From assembly GCA_041665025.1 (NCBI GenBank), contig JBAYJP010000001.1, positions 16,207 through 80,206 on the forward strand: DNA of 64,000 nt, in the 5' to 3' direction. The translations under genes and the position numbers were made by a program. Numbering within the stretch: the stretch's first letter is position 1; each line of letters begins with the position of its first letter. The notes below the pieces were generated by a model. It searched no databases. It saw nothing but the letters and a program-made list of their open reading frames with translations, and was not told where the DNA came from. Positions 40,661 to 49,964 of this stretch are shown in pieces. Origin of the DNA: Candidatus Magasanikiibacteriota bacterium (GTDB lineage Bacteria; Patescibacteriota; Patescibacteriia; Magasanikbacterales; UBA922).

Positions 40661-40681
40661 AATTGCGAATCATTTGCAATT
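40661..40681. promoter_or_regulatory. Candidate Zur/Fur box
   Basis: Near-palindrome AATTGCGAATCATTTGCAATT ~20 nt upstream of the zur start. Confidence 0.4.
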
Positions 40682-40756
40682 ATAGATGTGGATAAAAAAA
40701 CTACCCTATACGGCAGTTTTTTCTTTGGAATACACATTTTTGTTGGCCCTACCTAC

Positions 40757-41797
40757 CTACTCATTACTGTGCTTAAATTCCCCAACAATTTCTTCTAAAA
40801 TATCATGAAAACTAATAATACCTACCACGTTAGCTGTTGTTTTATCAGTAATGAGCACGATACTGATTGACGACCTTTTGAGACGTTCTATAGCTACAAG
40901 TGATGGCACATCTGCATGAATACGCATAACTGGCTGTATCAGGGATTTTAAATCCATATGTTCCAAACCCTTGTCAAACAAGTGACTTAGAACATCCTTC
41001 GCTTCAATCGCCCCAATATTGTTGTCTATATCTCCATCACAAACAGGAAAAACAGACCGATCACTGCCAATAATTTTTTTTCTCACGACGTCAATTGGAT
41101 CGTGTATATCCAGCCACACGACCTCTTTGCTTGGTGTCATAAAATCCTTTATGGGCCGATTTCCTAAATGGAATATGCTCTCCACCATTTTTTGTTCCGA
41201 TCGTTCAAATATACCACTCTCCGCGCCTTCCGCTATGAGCAGTTTTATTTCCTCTTCAGTAACCATTTGTTCAGAAGTAGGAGTGATGCGAAATACTTTA
41301 AGTAATCCATTCGTTGATACGCTAAGCAATTTTACTAGAGGAGTAAAAATGTTCATTACTATTTTTATGGTGCCAGCAACTTTTAAAGACCTTTTTTCTG
41401 GATTTGATAACGCCATTTGTTTTGGTACCAGTTCACCAATTACTAATGACAAGTAGGTAATTATAATGACCACGATAGTTACGCTGATTGCGCCGCTATA
41501 TGGAGAAACAAAGGGAAATCGCATTAAGTATGTCTCTACATGCTCGGCAACAGTTGCCCCGCCAAATGCACCTGCCAAAATACCGATCGTGGTAATACCA
41601 ATTTGTATTGCTGAAAGCATTTCCGAAGATTTCCGGGTTAAAAAAAGAGCATTTTGCGCCTTTTTGTTTCCTTGTTTTGAGAGAAGTTTAAGTCTACTTT
41701 TTTTGACACTAAGCAATGCTATTTCGGACATAGAAAAATAGCCATTCAAGATAATGAGAGCAATTATAAGAAAGATTTCGATACTAATATTAGACAT
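40757..41797 (-). CDS. CNNM/TlyC-family transporter (DUF21 + CBS pair + CorC_HlyC)
   Basis: Four N-terminal TM helices, tandem CBS region, C-terminal transporter-associated domain. Confidence 0.75.
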   Translation of the reverse strand: MSNISIEIFLIIALIILNGYFSMSEIALLSVKKSRLKLLSKQGNKKAQNALFLTRKSSEMLSAIQIGITTIGILAGAFGGATVAEHVETYLMRFPFVSPYSGAISVTIVVIIITYLSLVIGELVPKQMALSNPEKRSLKVAGTIKIVMNIFTPLVKLLSVSTNGLLKVFRITPTSEQMVTEEEIKLLIAEGAESGIFERSEQKMVESIFHLGNRPIKDFMTPSKEVVWLDIHDPIDVVRKKIIGSDRSVFPVCDGDIDNNIGAIEAKDVLSHLFDKGLEHMDLKSLIQPVMRIHADVPSLVAIERLKRSSISIVLITDKTTANVVGIISFHDILEEIVGEFKHSNE

Positions 41798-41879
41798 ACT
41801 GACTTTATAATTTTATTTTACCACATATTGAGCCTCTTTTATACACCATTTATGTAAAAAATCGTCTATTCGACGATTT

Positions 41880-43331
41880 TTATAACCGACTTAAATCCAA
41901 CTGTTCATCAAATCTAATTTGTTTTACAAAGTCGGGCATATGGCTAATAAGAATTATTGCACCCTCATACTTATTTATTGCCTGCGCGATAATGGGTATA
42001 TGGCGAAAATTAATGTGGTTAGTTGGTTCGTCAAACACGAGAAGTCCTGGTCTCATAAGCACGAGCCGCGCAAAAGAGAGTAGACCTTTTTGGCCTTCGG
42101 ACAAATGAGAAATTGTAAGACCCATATATTCACCGGTGAGCAAAAAACCTGCGGCAACGGCACGCATTTCTTGGATATCTATCCCTTCTGCTAATACGCT
42201 TTTCAATGAATCAAATACTGTTTGGCTATAATCCAATGTGGCAAAATCCTGGCTATAATACCCCACCCGCGTATCTTTCAAAATCAGTGCCCCTTCAGCG
42301 TTTCCCTGTACCAACGAACGCAACAACGTGCTCTTGCCGATACCATTTGGTCCGGAAATCAAAAGTCTATCTCGCTGACGCAATACGATATCAACTTCTT
42401 TGAGTATTGGTTCGTGATCTTTGATTATTTTTACTGATGAGATAGTTACGACATTGCCAATAATACCCTGAGCAGGGATGGTGAATTCTCTAATCGTTTT
42501 ATCTTCACGTCTGACATCTACTTTATTTTCCTCAAGCTCTTCAATCTCTTCTTTTAGTTTACTTGCGAGTCTGCGCATCTTACCACCTTTGTTAGAAAAA
42601 AAATTGACCTTGTCCTTGTTATCCTGTATTTCTTTTTTCAATTGAGCATTTTTCTTTATTTCTCGCTCTATTCTCGTTGAGATTTCTTCCACTACTGAAT
42701 AATAATCGCCTACGTATGTTTCAATTTTTTTGGTAAATACGTCAAGATAAATAACCCCCTCGGTAAAACAATTCAAAAAATCCGCATCATGAGAAATGAC
42801 AATTACCGTCTTTTCATACATGACGAGAAATTGTATCAGATGGTCAATGCCATCTTTATCCAAATTATTTGTTGGTTCATCCAACAGTAAGATGTCAGGA
42901 TTTTGTATCAACGCAAAAGCCAACAAAATTCTGGCTTGCTGACCGCCGGATAAATCCCCTACTTTTCTATCAAGTGGGACAGCCACATTTACTGCTTCCA
43001 TTACTTTACTTATCTGACTTTTGATATTACCCGGAACACTCTCAAATGCTTTTTCAAAATATTCTTCGACCGTTAGCGCCATATCTTCCTTGGCAATCAC
43101 CTGCTTGGCTGTGGCGATAGTCGCATTGTTTGAAACATATACATTACCTTGCGTAGGTTTTAGATCACCTTTTGTCAATTTGAATATTGTACTTTTTCCT
43201 GCACCATTTTGCCCCATCAAGGTTATCTTTGCTCCGGTACGTATACTAAAACAAACCTCGTCTAAAACTGGTTTTTTATCAGCATATTCAAATGTGACAT
43301 TATCAAATCTCAAAATCACTTCTTCATTCAT
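41880..43331 (-). CDS. ABC-F family ATPase (tandem ABC domains, no TMD)
   Basis: Two Walker A motifs (GQNGAGKST, GPNGIGKST), two LSGGQ-like signatures, linker between them. Confidence 0.8.
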   Translation of the reverse strand: MNEEVILRFDNVTFEYADKKPVLDEVCFSIRTGAKITLMGQNGAGKSTIFKLTKGDLKPTQGNVYVSNNATIATAKQVIAKEDMALTVEEYFEKAFESVPGNIKSQISKVMEAVNVAVPLDRKVGDLSGGQQARILLAFALIQNPDILLLDEPTNNLDKDGIDHLIQFLVMYEKTVIVISHDADFLNCFTEGVIYLDVFTKKIETYVGDYYSVVEEISTRIEREIKKNAQLKKEIQDNKDKVNFFSNKGGKMRRLASKLKEEIEELEENKVDVRREDKTIREFTIPAQGIIGNVVTISSVKIIKDHEPILKEVDIVLRQRDRLLISGPNGIGKSTLLRSLVQGNAEGALILKDTRVGYYSQDFATLDYSQTVFDSLKSVLAEGIDIQEMRAVAAGFLLTGEYMGLTISHLSEGQKGLLSFARLVLMRPGLLVFDEPTNHINFRHIPIIAQAINKYEGAIILISHMPDFVKQIRFDEQLDLSRL

Positions 43332-43480
43332 ATAATATAAAATAATTTGAGTACAAATAATCTCATAAACCAAACTCATTGTCAAAGAAAATTCTGTTTT
43401 TGTTCATGAAAACAAAAAACCTTTATAAAGGTTTTTTGCGAGCTCGTCGGGCCGGATTCGAACCGGCGACCAATTGGTTA

Positions 43481-44038
43481 CACTTATCTACTGCTTACGC
43501 AATAGCGTGGACTATCTCATTCACCTTTCCTAGGTGATAGGGCGCTTGTGTTGGATTATTGCTGGGACTCACCAACTAGTCTCTGCACCTGCCTTCGCTA
43601 AAACTACACATATGTAGCATCCCAGCGAAGGATTGGCTCAGGATTACCCCGCCATGACGGGGCTCCCCTGAATTCACCCTATTTTTCAATCCCAATTTCT
43701 TGGGAAAGCTGCACTATACCTGCATGAACCTCACGGTGACAATTAGCACAAAGCATTACGCATTTGTCTAACTCTTTTACTACTCTTGACCAAGCCCTAG
43801 TCAATCCATCTTTGGATATGCCAAACTCTTTTTGCTTAGCGTCAAGATGATGGAAATCAAATGCTTCTAGGCATTTATGATAACCACATATCATGCATTT
43901 GCCGCCTTTGTACTCAACAGCCATTGCTCGGATTTTTCTTCTCCGTTTATCAACAGCTTGAATGAGATACTTGGCACGGACACGGTATATTCTTTTGTCT
44001 TTTACCATAATAACATATTATAGCAAAGACTGTGTTCT
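43481..44038 (-). ncRNA. Group I self-splicing intron (within the tRNA-Asn gene) carrying a homing endonuclease ORF
   Basis: Q-like GUAAUCCUGAGCC, R-like GUGCAGAGACUAGU and S-like GAGAUAGUCCAC core elements are visible. Intron ends in G and the 5' exon ends in U. Confidence 0.6.
43679..44008 (-). CDS. HNH homing endonuclease (intron-encoded)
   Basis: CxxC...HH...N...CxxCH HNH/zinc-finger pattern (CMICGYHKCLEAFDFHHLD...CANCHREVH); located inside the intron. Confidence 0.7.
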   Translation of the reverse strand: MVKDKRIYRVRAKYLIQAVDKRRRKIRAMAVEYKGGKCMICGYHKCLEAFDFHHLDAKQKEFGISKDGLTRAWSRVVKELDKCVMLCANCHREVHAGIVQLSQEIGIEK

Positions 44039-44183
44039 ACAGCCAACTGCTCTACCGCTGAGCTACCGACGAATATAACAGCAAATAGTATACAAACTAT
44101 ACCGATTTATGTCAATACAGTGCATATAACTTGAAAAATTGCCTATATACAGGTATACTTGTGGAGTTATTAAAATAAATTTC

Positions 44184-45035
44184 ATGAAAACTAGAATTAT
44201 TGATGGAAAGGCAATTGCGGAAAAAATCCTCAAAAAACTTTCCCGCCACGTTGCACAGCTCAAAAAACAAGGCATACAACCAAAGCTTGCGGTTGTTTTT
44301 GTGGGAAAAAATAAACCTTCAAAAACATATATTAGACGCAAACGGGAGGCGGCCGAAAAAGTCGGCATTGATTTTGCCTTGCACCATTTTCCTGCAGACA
44401 TTTCCAAAGATGTATTAATTAAGAATATTGTAAACATCCAAAAAGATAAAAAACTCAATGGGCTTATTGTCCAACTGCCTCTTCCTGAACCGCTCTACAC
44501 AACTGGTGTATTAAACGCAATTAAGCCAGAGCTTGATGTTGACTGCCTTACTGACGCACAATTGGGAAAATTAGTCATGAATACTTCTTATATCACTCCC
44601 CCAACCCCCACAGCGGTCTGTGCTATTTTGGATGAACTTCACATTGATCCAAAAGGAAAAAATATTACTATCATTGGCGCTGGTGCACTTGTGGGCAAAC
44701 CTTTATCTATTATGCTATCCAATATGCAAGCCACGGTAACGCTCTGCAATAAATGTACCAAAAATATCAAAGAAAAATGTTTGCATGCAGACATTATAGT
44801 AACTGCAGTTGGGAAAAAAGATTTGCTCACGGCTGATATGGTAAAAAAAGATGCAATTGTCATTGACACTGGCATTGTATTTGAAAAAGGAAAGATGTAT
44901 GGTGATGTAGACTTTAAAAATGTTTCAAAAAAGGCTTCAGCCATAACACCTACCCCGGGTGGTGTGGGTCCCATCACGGTCGCACTTTTGCTACAGAATG
45001 TCATCACTATTGCAAAACAAAAGATGATGTTATGA
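44184..45035 (+). CDS. folD: Bifunctional methylene-THF dehydrogenase/methenyl-THF cyclohydrolase
   Basis: FolD family pattern (IIDGKAIA...YIRRK...GAGALVGKP...PGGVGP). Confidence 0.9.
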   Translation: MKTRIIDGKAIAEKILKKLSRHVAQLKKQGIQPKLAVVFVGKNKPSKTYIRRKREAAEKVGIDFALHHFPADISKDVLIKNIVNIQKDKKLNGLIVQLPLPEPLYTTGVLNAIKPELDVDCLTDAQLGKLVMNTSYITPPTPTAVCAILDELHIDPKGKNITIIGAGALVGKPLSIMLSNMQATVTLCNKCTKNIKEKCLHADIIVTAVGKKDLLTADMVKKDAIVIDTGIVFEKGKMYGDVDFKNVSKKASAITPTPGGVGPITVALLLQNVITIAKQKMML

Positions 45036-45745
45036 AAATAGTTATCGTCATCCCCACATACAACGAAAAAGAAAATATTGAAAAATTAATCAAAAAAATT
45101 TTTGATTTAAAAATTGATGGACTGGAACTCTTAGTCGTTGATGATAATTCTCCTGACGGCACAGCCCAAGTGATATATAATCTTCAATCTTCAATCTTCA
45201 ATCTTCACATATTAAGACGCAAAGGAAAACTGGGTTTGGGGTCCGCGTATATTGCTGGTTTTAAAAAGGCGTTAGAGCTCGGGGCTGACTATATTTTTGA
45301 AATGGATGCGGACTTTTCACACGACCCTCTTGATATCCCGCGTATGCTCAGAGCAGTTCAAGACGCAGATTTGGTCATTGGCTCGCGTAAGGTTGAGGGA
45401 GGAAAAATCACTGGCTGGGGTTGGTTTCGTACTTTTGAGAGCAATGGAGCTATGTGGTTCTCGCGGTTTTTACTTGGACTCAAGGTGCGAGACGTGACTG
45501 CTGGATTTCGCTGTTTCAAGCGTGATGTCTTGCTTTCGATTGGTCTAGATTCAATAAAAAGTAATGGCTATGCCTTTCAAGAAGAACTTTTATATCTTAC
45601 CCAAAAAGCCGGCTTTACCATCACTGAAATCCCTGTTATATTTAGAGATAGAAGGGAAGGAAAATCCAAATTAAGTAAAAAAGATATAATTGAATTTTTT
45701 ATAAGAATAATTAAACTTCGATTTTATGGTAGAGACGAGCGGTAA
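45032..45745 (+). CDS. GT2 polyprenol-phosphate mannosyl/glycosyltransferase (Dpm1-like)
   Basis: VIVIPTYNE, DDNSPDGT, DADFSHDP motifs. Contains an in-frame (AATCTTC)x4 heptamer repeat at 45179-45206. Confidence 0.8.
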   Translation: MKIVIVIPTYNEKENIEKLIKKIFDLKIDGLELLVVDDNSPDGTAQVIYNLQSSIFNLHILRRKGKLGLGSAYIAGFKKALELGADYIFEMDADFSHDPLDIPRMLRAVQDADLVIGSRKVEGGKITGWGWFRTFESNGAMWFSRFLLGLKVRDVTAGFRCFKRDVLLSIGLDSIKSNGYAFQEELLYLTQKAGFTITEIPVIFRDRREGKSKLSKKDIIEFFIRIIKLRFYGRDER

Positions 45746-46142
45746 TGCAACAGTAGATGCCTTGTTATCATTCAGGGATAGTTTGGGACGTGTAAGAAAT
45801 GAACAACGCCTTAGACTTTTATTTCCCGATAGAAATCAATCACAAATAGCGGAACTTGCAAAACTATTTTCTTTTGAAAATTCAAAGACTTTTCAATTTC
45901 CTACGAAGACAGAATTTAATGGCGAACCGGGAGTTTTTAGCAAGGACCATACACAAGTACGCTATTATCATTCGCTGTCATCGGATGACTGGGAACAAAA
46001 AGGTGGTCCGATTTTAATTGAATTTGAAGATGGAAATGTATGGTATTGCCCCAACGCTAGACTTGAAGAAAAATCTACGATATTCAAACTTGAACCTGGT
46101 GACATAGAGAAGATAAAAAAACAACTTACTCCCCTATTATAA
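45726..46142 (+). CDS. Hypothetical protein
   Basis: ORF only. Confidence 0.3.
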   Translation: MVETSGNATVDALLSFRDSLGRVRNEQRLRLLFPDRNQSQIAELAKLFSFENSKTFQFPTKTEFNGEPGVFSKDHTQVRYYHSLSSDDWEQKGGPILIEFEDGNVWYCPNARLEEKSTIFKLEPGDIEKIKKQLTPLL

Positions 46143-46143
46143 A

Positions 46144-46178
46144 AATCCACCCCACATGAGGTGGATTTTAAATTTTTT
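46144..46178. terminator. Bidirectional rho-independent terminator
   Basis: ATCCACC-ccacatga-GGTGGAT followed by TTTAAATTTTTT. Confidence 0.6.
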
Positions 46179-46197
46179 ATCAATTTCCTTTTAATTT

Positions 46198-47217
46198 CTA
46201 TATTTCTTCCACTATTTCTTCTATTTCTTCAATTGTATTCACTCGTACCAATTTACTCCGAATCTCTTTCATTCCTTCCAACCCTTTAAAATAAAAAGCT
46301 AAATGTTTCCGCAGTCCTACTATTCCCCTTTCCCCATAGTGCTGAATTTGAAGTTGAGCATGACGTAATATCACATCTTTTCTTTCTTGCAACGAAATTA
46401 GTGATCGATGATTAGCAATCGACGATAACAACCAGGGGTTCCCCAAGGCTCCTCGTCCAATCATTACTCCATCTGCTCCGGTCGTCTCTAAACATCGCTC
46501 AATATCTTCAGGCGAAGTAATATCTCCATTCGCTATCACGGGTATTTTAACACACTTCTTCGCCTCCCCTATCATCTCCCAGTTTGCCTTTCCACTATAG
46601 CCCTGGACTTTTGTCCTTCCGTGGATCGAAAGAGCATCAACACCAGCCTGTTCTAGCTTTTGCGCAAATTCCAGTATTTCACCTTCTTTAGACCATCCAA
46701 GACGGGTTTTAACACTTATAGGAACCCCCAAATTGGCGTTTTTGAGGGCTTTTACTATCTCTACCGCCCTATTGTGGTCTTTCATAAGCGCAGCGCCAGA
46801 ATCAGCCTTTCCAGCTATTTTCGGAACAGGGCAACCCATATTGATGTCTACCCCAAATTCATCCCGAGCGGAGCGGAGCGGAGAGAAGGGTCTTTCGAAG
46901 GATTCCATTTTTGGATTAAAAAATTTCTCTGTAATAATACGAGCCGCTTCTACAATCACCTCCGGCTTACTTCCAAACAACTGTAACACAATCGACCTCT
47001 CAATTTCTTCAAACTTGCACATGTTTAATGTCTTTTCATTGCCACGCACAATCGCCTCTGCACTAACCATTTCTCTAAAAATTATAAATTCTTTATGTAT
47101 TCCTTTTTCCTTTTTCCTTAATTCTTGTACCTCTCTACATAATATCGAAAACGGCTGATCTGTATAGTCAGCCATAGGCGCGAGAGCAATGATTGGTTTG
47201 TTTTCAATCCATGTCAT
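46198..47217 (-). CDS. tRNA-dihydrouridine synthase (DusB-like)
   Basis: FMN-binding TIM barrel (LAPMADYTD, NMGCP, catalytic Cys region). Contains (GAGCG)x3 at 46866-46880. Confidence 0.8.
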   Translation of the reverse strand: MTWIENKPIIALAPMADYTDQPFSILCREVQELRKKEKGIHKEFIIFREMVSAEAIVRGNEKTLNMCKFEEIERSIVLQLFGSKPEVIVEAARIITEKFFNPKMESFERPFSPLRSARDEFGVDINMGCPVPKIAGKADSGAALMKDHNRAVEIVKALKNANLGVPISVKTRLGWSKEGEILEFAQKLEQAGVDALSIHGRTKVQGYSGKANWEMIGEAKKCVKIPVIANGDITSPEDIERCLETTGADGVMIGRGALGNPWLLSSIANHRSLISLQERKDVILRHAQLQIQHYGERGIVGLRKHLAFYFKGLEGMKEIRSKLVRVNTIEEIEEIVEEI

Positions 47218-48035
47218 ATATCAAGCGGACTTTTTATTTCTGCTAAATTATTCCTCGCCACATGCGTATAAATCTGTGTCGTTTGCAACTTCGCATGACC
47301 CAATAGTTCTTGAATATACCTGATATCTGTCCCGTTTTCAAGCAAATGAGTAGCAAAACTATGGCGCAAAGTGTGGGGAGAGACTTTTTTTCTCAAACCA
47401 GCTTTTTGCGCCGCCTGCGAGACAATTTTTTGTATTGTCGCCTCAGTCAGCCTTTCTCCTCTTCCATTGGTAAAAAGAAAGTCATCTTTATTTTTCAACC
47501 CAGCTTGGACTTCCAAAATAGATAACAATTTTCTAGGCAATACAACCAGCCTATCTTTCTTACCCTTACCTTGAAACACCCTCAACATTTTTCTATCTAT
47601 ATCAATATCACACATCTTGATATGTGTCAGTTCACTTACGCGCACTCCGGTACCATACAATAAACTGATGATACAATTATGTTTGGGGTTGGTAGTCACC
47701 TCTATCATTTTATTCACTTCTTCTTTTGATAAAACAACGGGTAAATACTTATTTTTCTTAGGTTGCTTGATATGTAAAAAAAAATTTCTTTTCCAAATCT
47801 GGCCATAATAAAAATGAAGAGCGTTGTAAGCTACTGCAACGGTACTAGAAGAAACTTTTTGTCCCAAATAATCTAAATAATTTTTAATGTCCTCGGTATT
47901 AGCTTCTCGCGGATCTTTCTGGCAAAACCGCAACAACTCTTCATTATAATGAACATAAGAATCAATAGTGCTTCGACTATAGTTACGGATCCTCAATTCT
48001 CTTTCTAAATTGGAAAAAGTATTGTTTTCCAACAT
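47214..48035 (-). CDS. Tyrosine site-specific recombinase (XerC/D / integrase family)
   Basis: R...HxLRHSFATHLL...LLGHAKLQTTQIYTHV catalytic R-H-R-Y constellation. ATGA overlap with dusB; divergent from the downstream array. Confidence 0.8.
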   Translation of the reverse strand: MLENNTFSNLERELRIRNYSRSTIDSYVHYNEELLRFCQKDPREANTEDIKNYLDYLGQKVSSSTVAVAYNALHFYYGQIWKRNFFLHIKQPKKNKYLPVVLSKEEVNKMIEVTTNPKHNCIISLLYGTGVRVSELTHIKMCDIDIDRKMLRVFQGKGKKDRLVVLPRKLLSILEVQAGLKNKDDFLFTNGRGERLTEATIQKIVSQAAQKAGLRKKVSPHTLRHSFATHLLENGTDIRYIQELLGHAKLQTTQIYTHVARNNLAEIKSPLDI

Positions 48036-48302
48036 ACTTAGTGATAAAATATCATCAACCTATACCCTACTGGGGTATAAGCAAAAATTCACAAAAATTA
48101 TAGCATAACTAAGCCTTTTATGCCAAAAGTTGGCATAAAGGTAGTTAGGCGAAATATTCCTTTTCTTTTTTGGGCTATCGCCCAATTGTTTTAAAAAATT
48201 TTAAAATTTCTTTTTCATTAATTAAAGAGGGGAAAAAGGTGTTTTCTCCGCTCCGCTACGAAAACGATTTATTTATAAGGGGAAAACTAATACAATAACC
48301 AC

Positions 48303-49964
48303 ATGAACAAAAAAATCATAAAATTATCAGTGTTTCTGCTTATCGGTCATTTTTTTATTTTCCCCGAAGCCGCCCATGCAGTAATTCCGCCGGATTTTAT
48401 TTTTAATATCGGAACACAGATAGCTCAATTCTTTTCGATAATTGCAATATTTTTTACTGCCATTCTTGGAACATTTTTTCAGTTTTTCAAGACAAGATAT
48501 TATGCACTTAAACATAAAAAAATAATTCTAAGCCTAACTATCATTGGAATTATAGCAGTATCTCTTACCTCATCTTATTTTTACGCAACATACAAACAAA
48601 AAGCTGAATATCAAAAGTGGCTCAAAGAAAGCCAACAATATAGTACAAACCAAAATACTCAAAATGCCAATTTAGATTATGATAATGACGGATTAACCGA
48701 TCTTGAAGAAACAAATTTCGGCACTGATCTTAATAATCCTGATACAGACGGCGATGGATATTCCGACGGCGAAGAAGTTAAAAATGGATATAATCCAAAC
48801 GGTCCTGGGAAATTTGGAGAAGAAGGCATAAACGAAGACGCAAATGACCAATTAAATATCGGCACTGAAAGTAACAAGAACATCGATACATCTGCTAAAA
48901 AATTTATCTCCAGTGTAAATGTAACTGATAACGCCGCAAGATTTATTAGTGAATACTACGGAAATATCGCTAACGGCAATTTAGAGCAAGCCTATGAGAT
49001 GTCTAAAAAAACTGTTAGCTTTGAGACCTTTAAGGGTTGGTATCTAAAAACATCTAAAATAACATTAGATAAATTGGTTCGAATTGATGAAAAAAAATCA
49101 TCCATAGAATTAACTTTATACGAGGACGGCACATTCACAAGATATGGCGTTTTGATGACCTTAACTTTACAAAGTGAAATACCAGTAAGAGTTGAGAAAT
49201 CGGAAGTTAAAATTTTGGCTCAAGGGTTGATTAATAATCAAAATATTTCTGTTGATGAAAATAAAACTGCCCAAGAGTATGATTTTTTTACGAAAAATGA
49301 AAACACAAACATACTTGTTACAAATCAAGATTTTAAAAATATCACAGACAGCCAGCAAAGTGATTATATTGTTTTAGACGCAAGAGAAGATATTGAATAC
49401 GAAAATGGCTATTTCCCCGGAAGTTTACATATTCGCTTTGCGGACTTAAAAGCAGGTCGTTGGATCGAATTACCAAAAGATAAGCCTGTTTATGTAATTT
49501 GTTGGTCTGGAATTCGAGGCAAAGAAGTAGCCGAATTTTTGAGAACCAAAAAAATTGTGTCTTCTTATTTGGAGAATGGCGCTAACGGCTGGGTTGAATT
49601 TGGCGGAAAATGGATCGGAGAAATCAAATTCGGGGAAAAATATACAGATCCAAAATATCAAATCGTTTTTAGTACGGATGATGTTAAAAAGAAAGTAACA
49701 GAGGGTGTGGTTCTTGTTGATACGAGAGAACCGTATAAATTCAATCAGTCAAATATAGCAGGAAGCGTCAATATTCCAATTATGTACACTCCAACTATCA
49801 ATCTTGAAAAGACATTTAGCCAAGTTCCAGTGAATAGCAAGGTTATTACAGTATGCGACGGATACGTTAATTGTTTTGATGCTAAAATTACGGGTGTTGA
49901 ACTGGAAAGACGTGGACATCAATTTTTAGGCAGATATAACAAACCTTGGGAATATGAAAAATAA
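48303..49964 (+). CDS. Secreted protein with Ca-binding D-x-D-x-DG repeats and two C-terminal rhodanese domains
   Basis: N-terminal TM/signal, DYDNDGLTDLEE...DTDGDGYSDGEE, rhodanese active-site loops CWSGIRG and CDGYVNC. Confidence 0.6.
   Translation: MNKKIIKLSVFLLIGHFFIFPEAAHAVIPPDFIFNIGTQIAQFFSIIAIFFTAILGTFFQFFKTRYYALKHKKIILSLTIIGIIAVSLTSSYFYATYKQKAEYQKWLKESQQYSTNQNTQNANLDYDNDGLTDLEETNFGTDLNNPDTDGDGYSDGEEVKNGYNPNGPGKFGEEGINEDANDQLNIGTESNKNIDTSAKKFISSVNVTDNAARFISEYYGNIANGNLEQAYEMSKKTVSFETFKGWYLKTSKITLDKLVRIDEKKSSIELTLYEDGTFTRYGVLMTLTLQSEIPVRVEKSEVKILAQGLINNQNISVDENKTAQEYDFFTKNENTNILVTNQDFKNITDSQQSDYIVLDAREDIEYENGYFPGSLHIRFADLKAGRWIELPKDKPVYVICWSGIRGKEVAEFLRTKKIVSSYLENGANGWVEFGGKWIGEIKFGEKYTDPKYQIVFSTDDVKKKVTEGVVLVDTREPYKFNQSNIAGSVNIPIMYTPTINLEKTFSQVPVNSKVITVCDGYVNCFDAKITGVELERRGHQFLGRYNKPWEYEK

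Larger units (their letters stand above)
43443..44072 (-). tRNA. tRNA-Asn(GUU) gene interrupted in the anticodon loop by a ~558-nt group I intron
   Basis: 5' exon 44039-44072: UCGUCGG-UA-GCUC-AGCGGUA-GAGC-A-GUUGG-CUGU. 3' exon 43443-43480: UAA-CCAAU-UGGUC-GCCGG-UUCGAAU-CCGGC-CCGACGA-G. The 7-bp acceptor pairs perfectly, the joined loop is CUGUUAA, G73 discriminator. Confidence 0.7.

Noticed and set aside
43440-43680. tmRNA (ssrA) interpretation of the T-arm/acceptor-like sequence at 43443-43480
   Set aside because: No complementary 5' acceptor strand or tag-peptide reading frame nearby. The matching 5' half of a tRNA lies 560 nt away (44039-44072), and the intervening RNA has group I core motifs.
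43443-44072. Alternative exon junctions giving tRNA-Tyr(GUA) with loop CUGUAGA or CUGUAAA
   Set aside because: Sequence redundancy at the junction permits them. The Asn(GUU) junction is preferred because it puts U at -1 and G at the intron 3' end (group I rule), the discriminator is G73, and the variable arm is short (class I), which is unlike bacterial tRNA-Tyr.
44063-44458. ORF 44063-44458 (minus, 131 aa)
   Set aside because: Overlaps the tRNA 5' exon and the folD start region on the opposite strand. Hydrophobic low-complexity translation, no start context.
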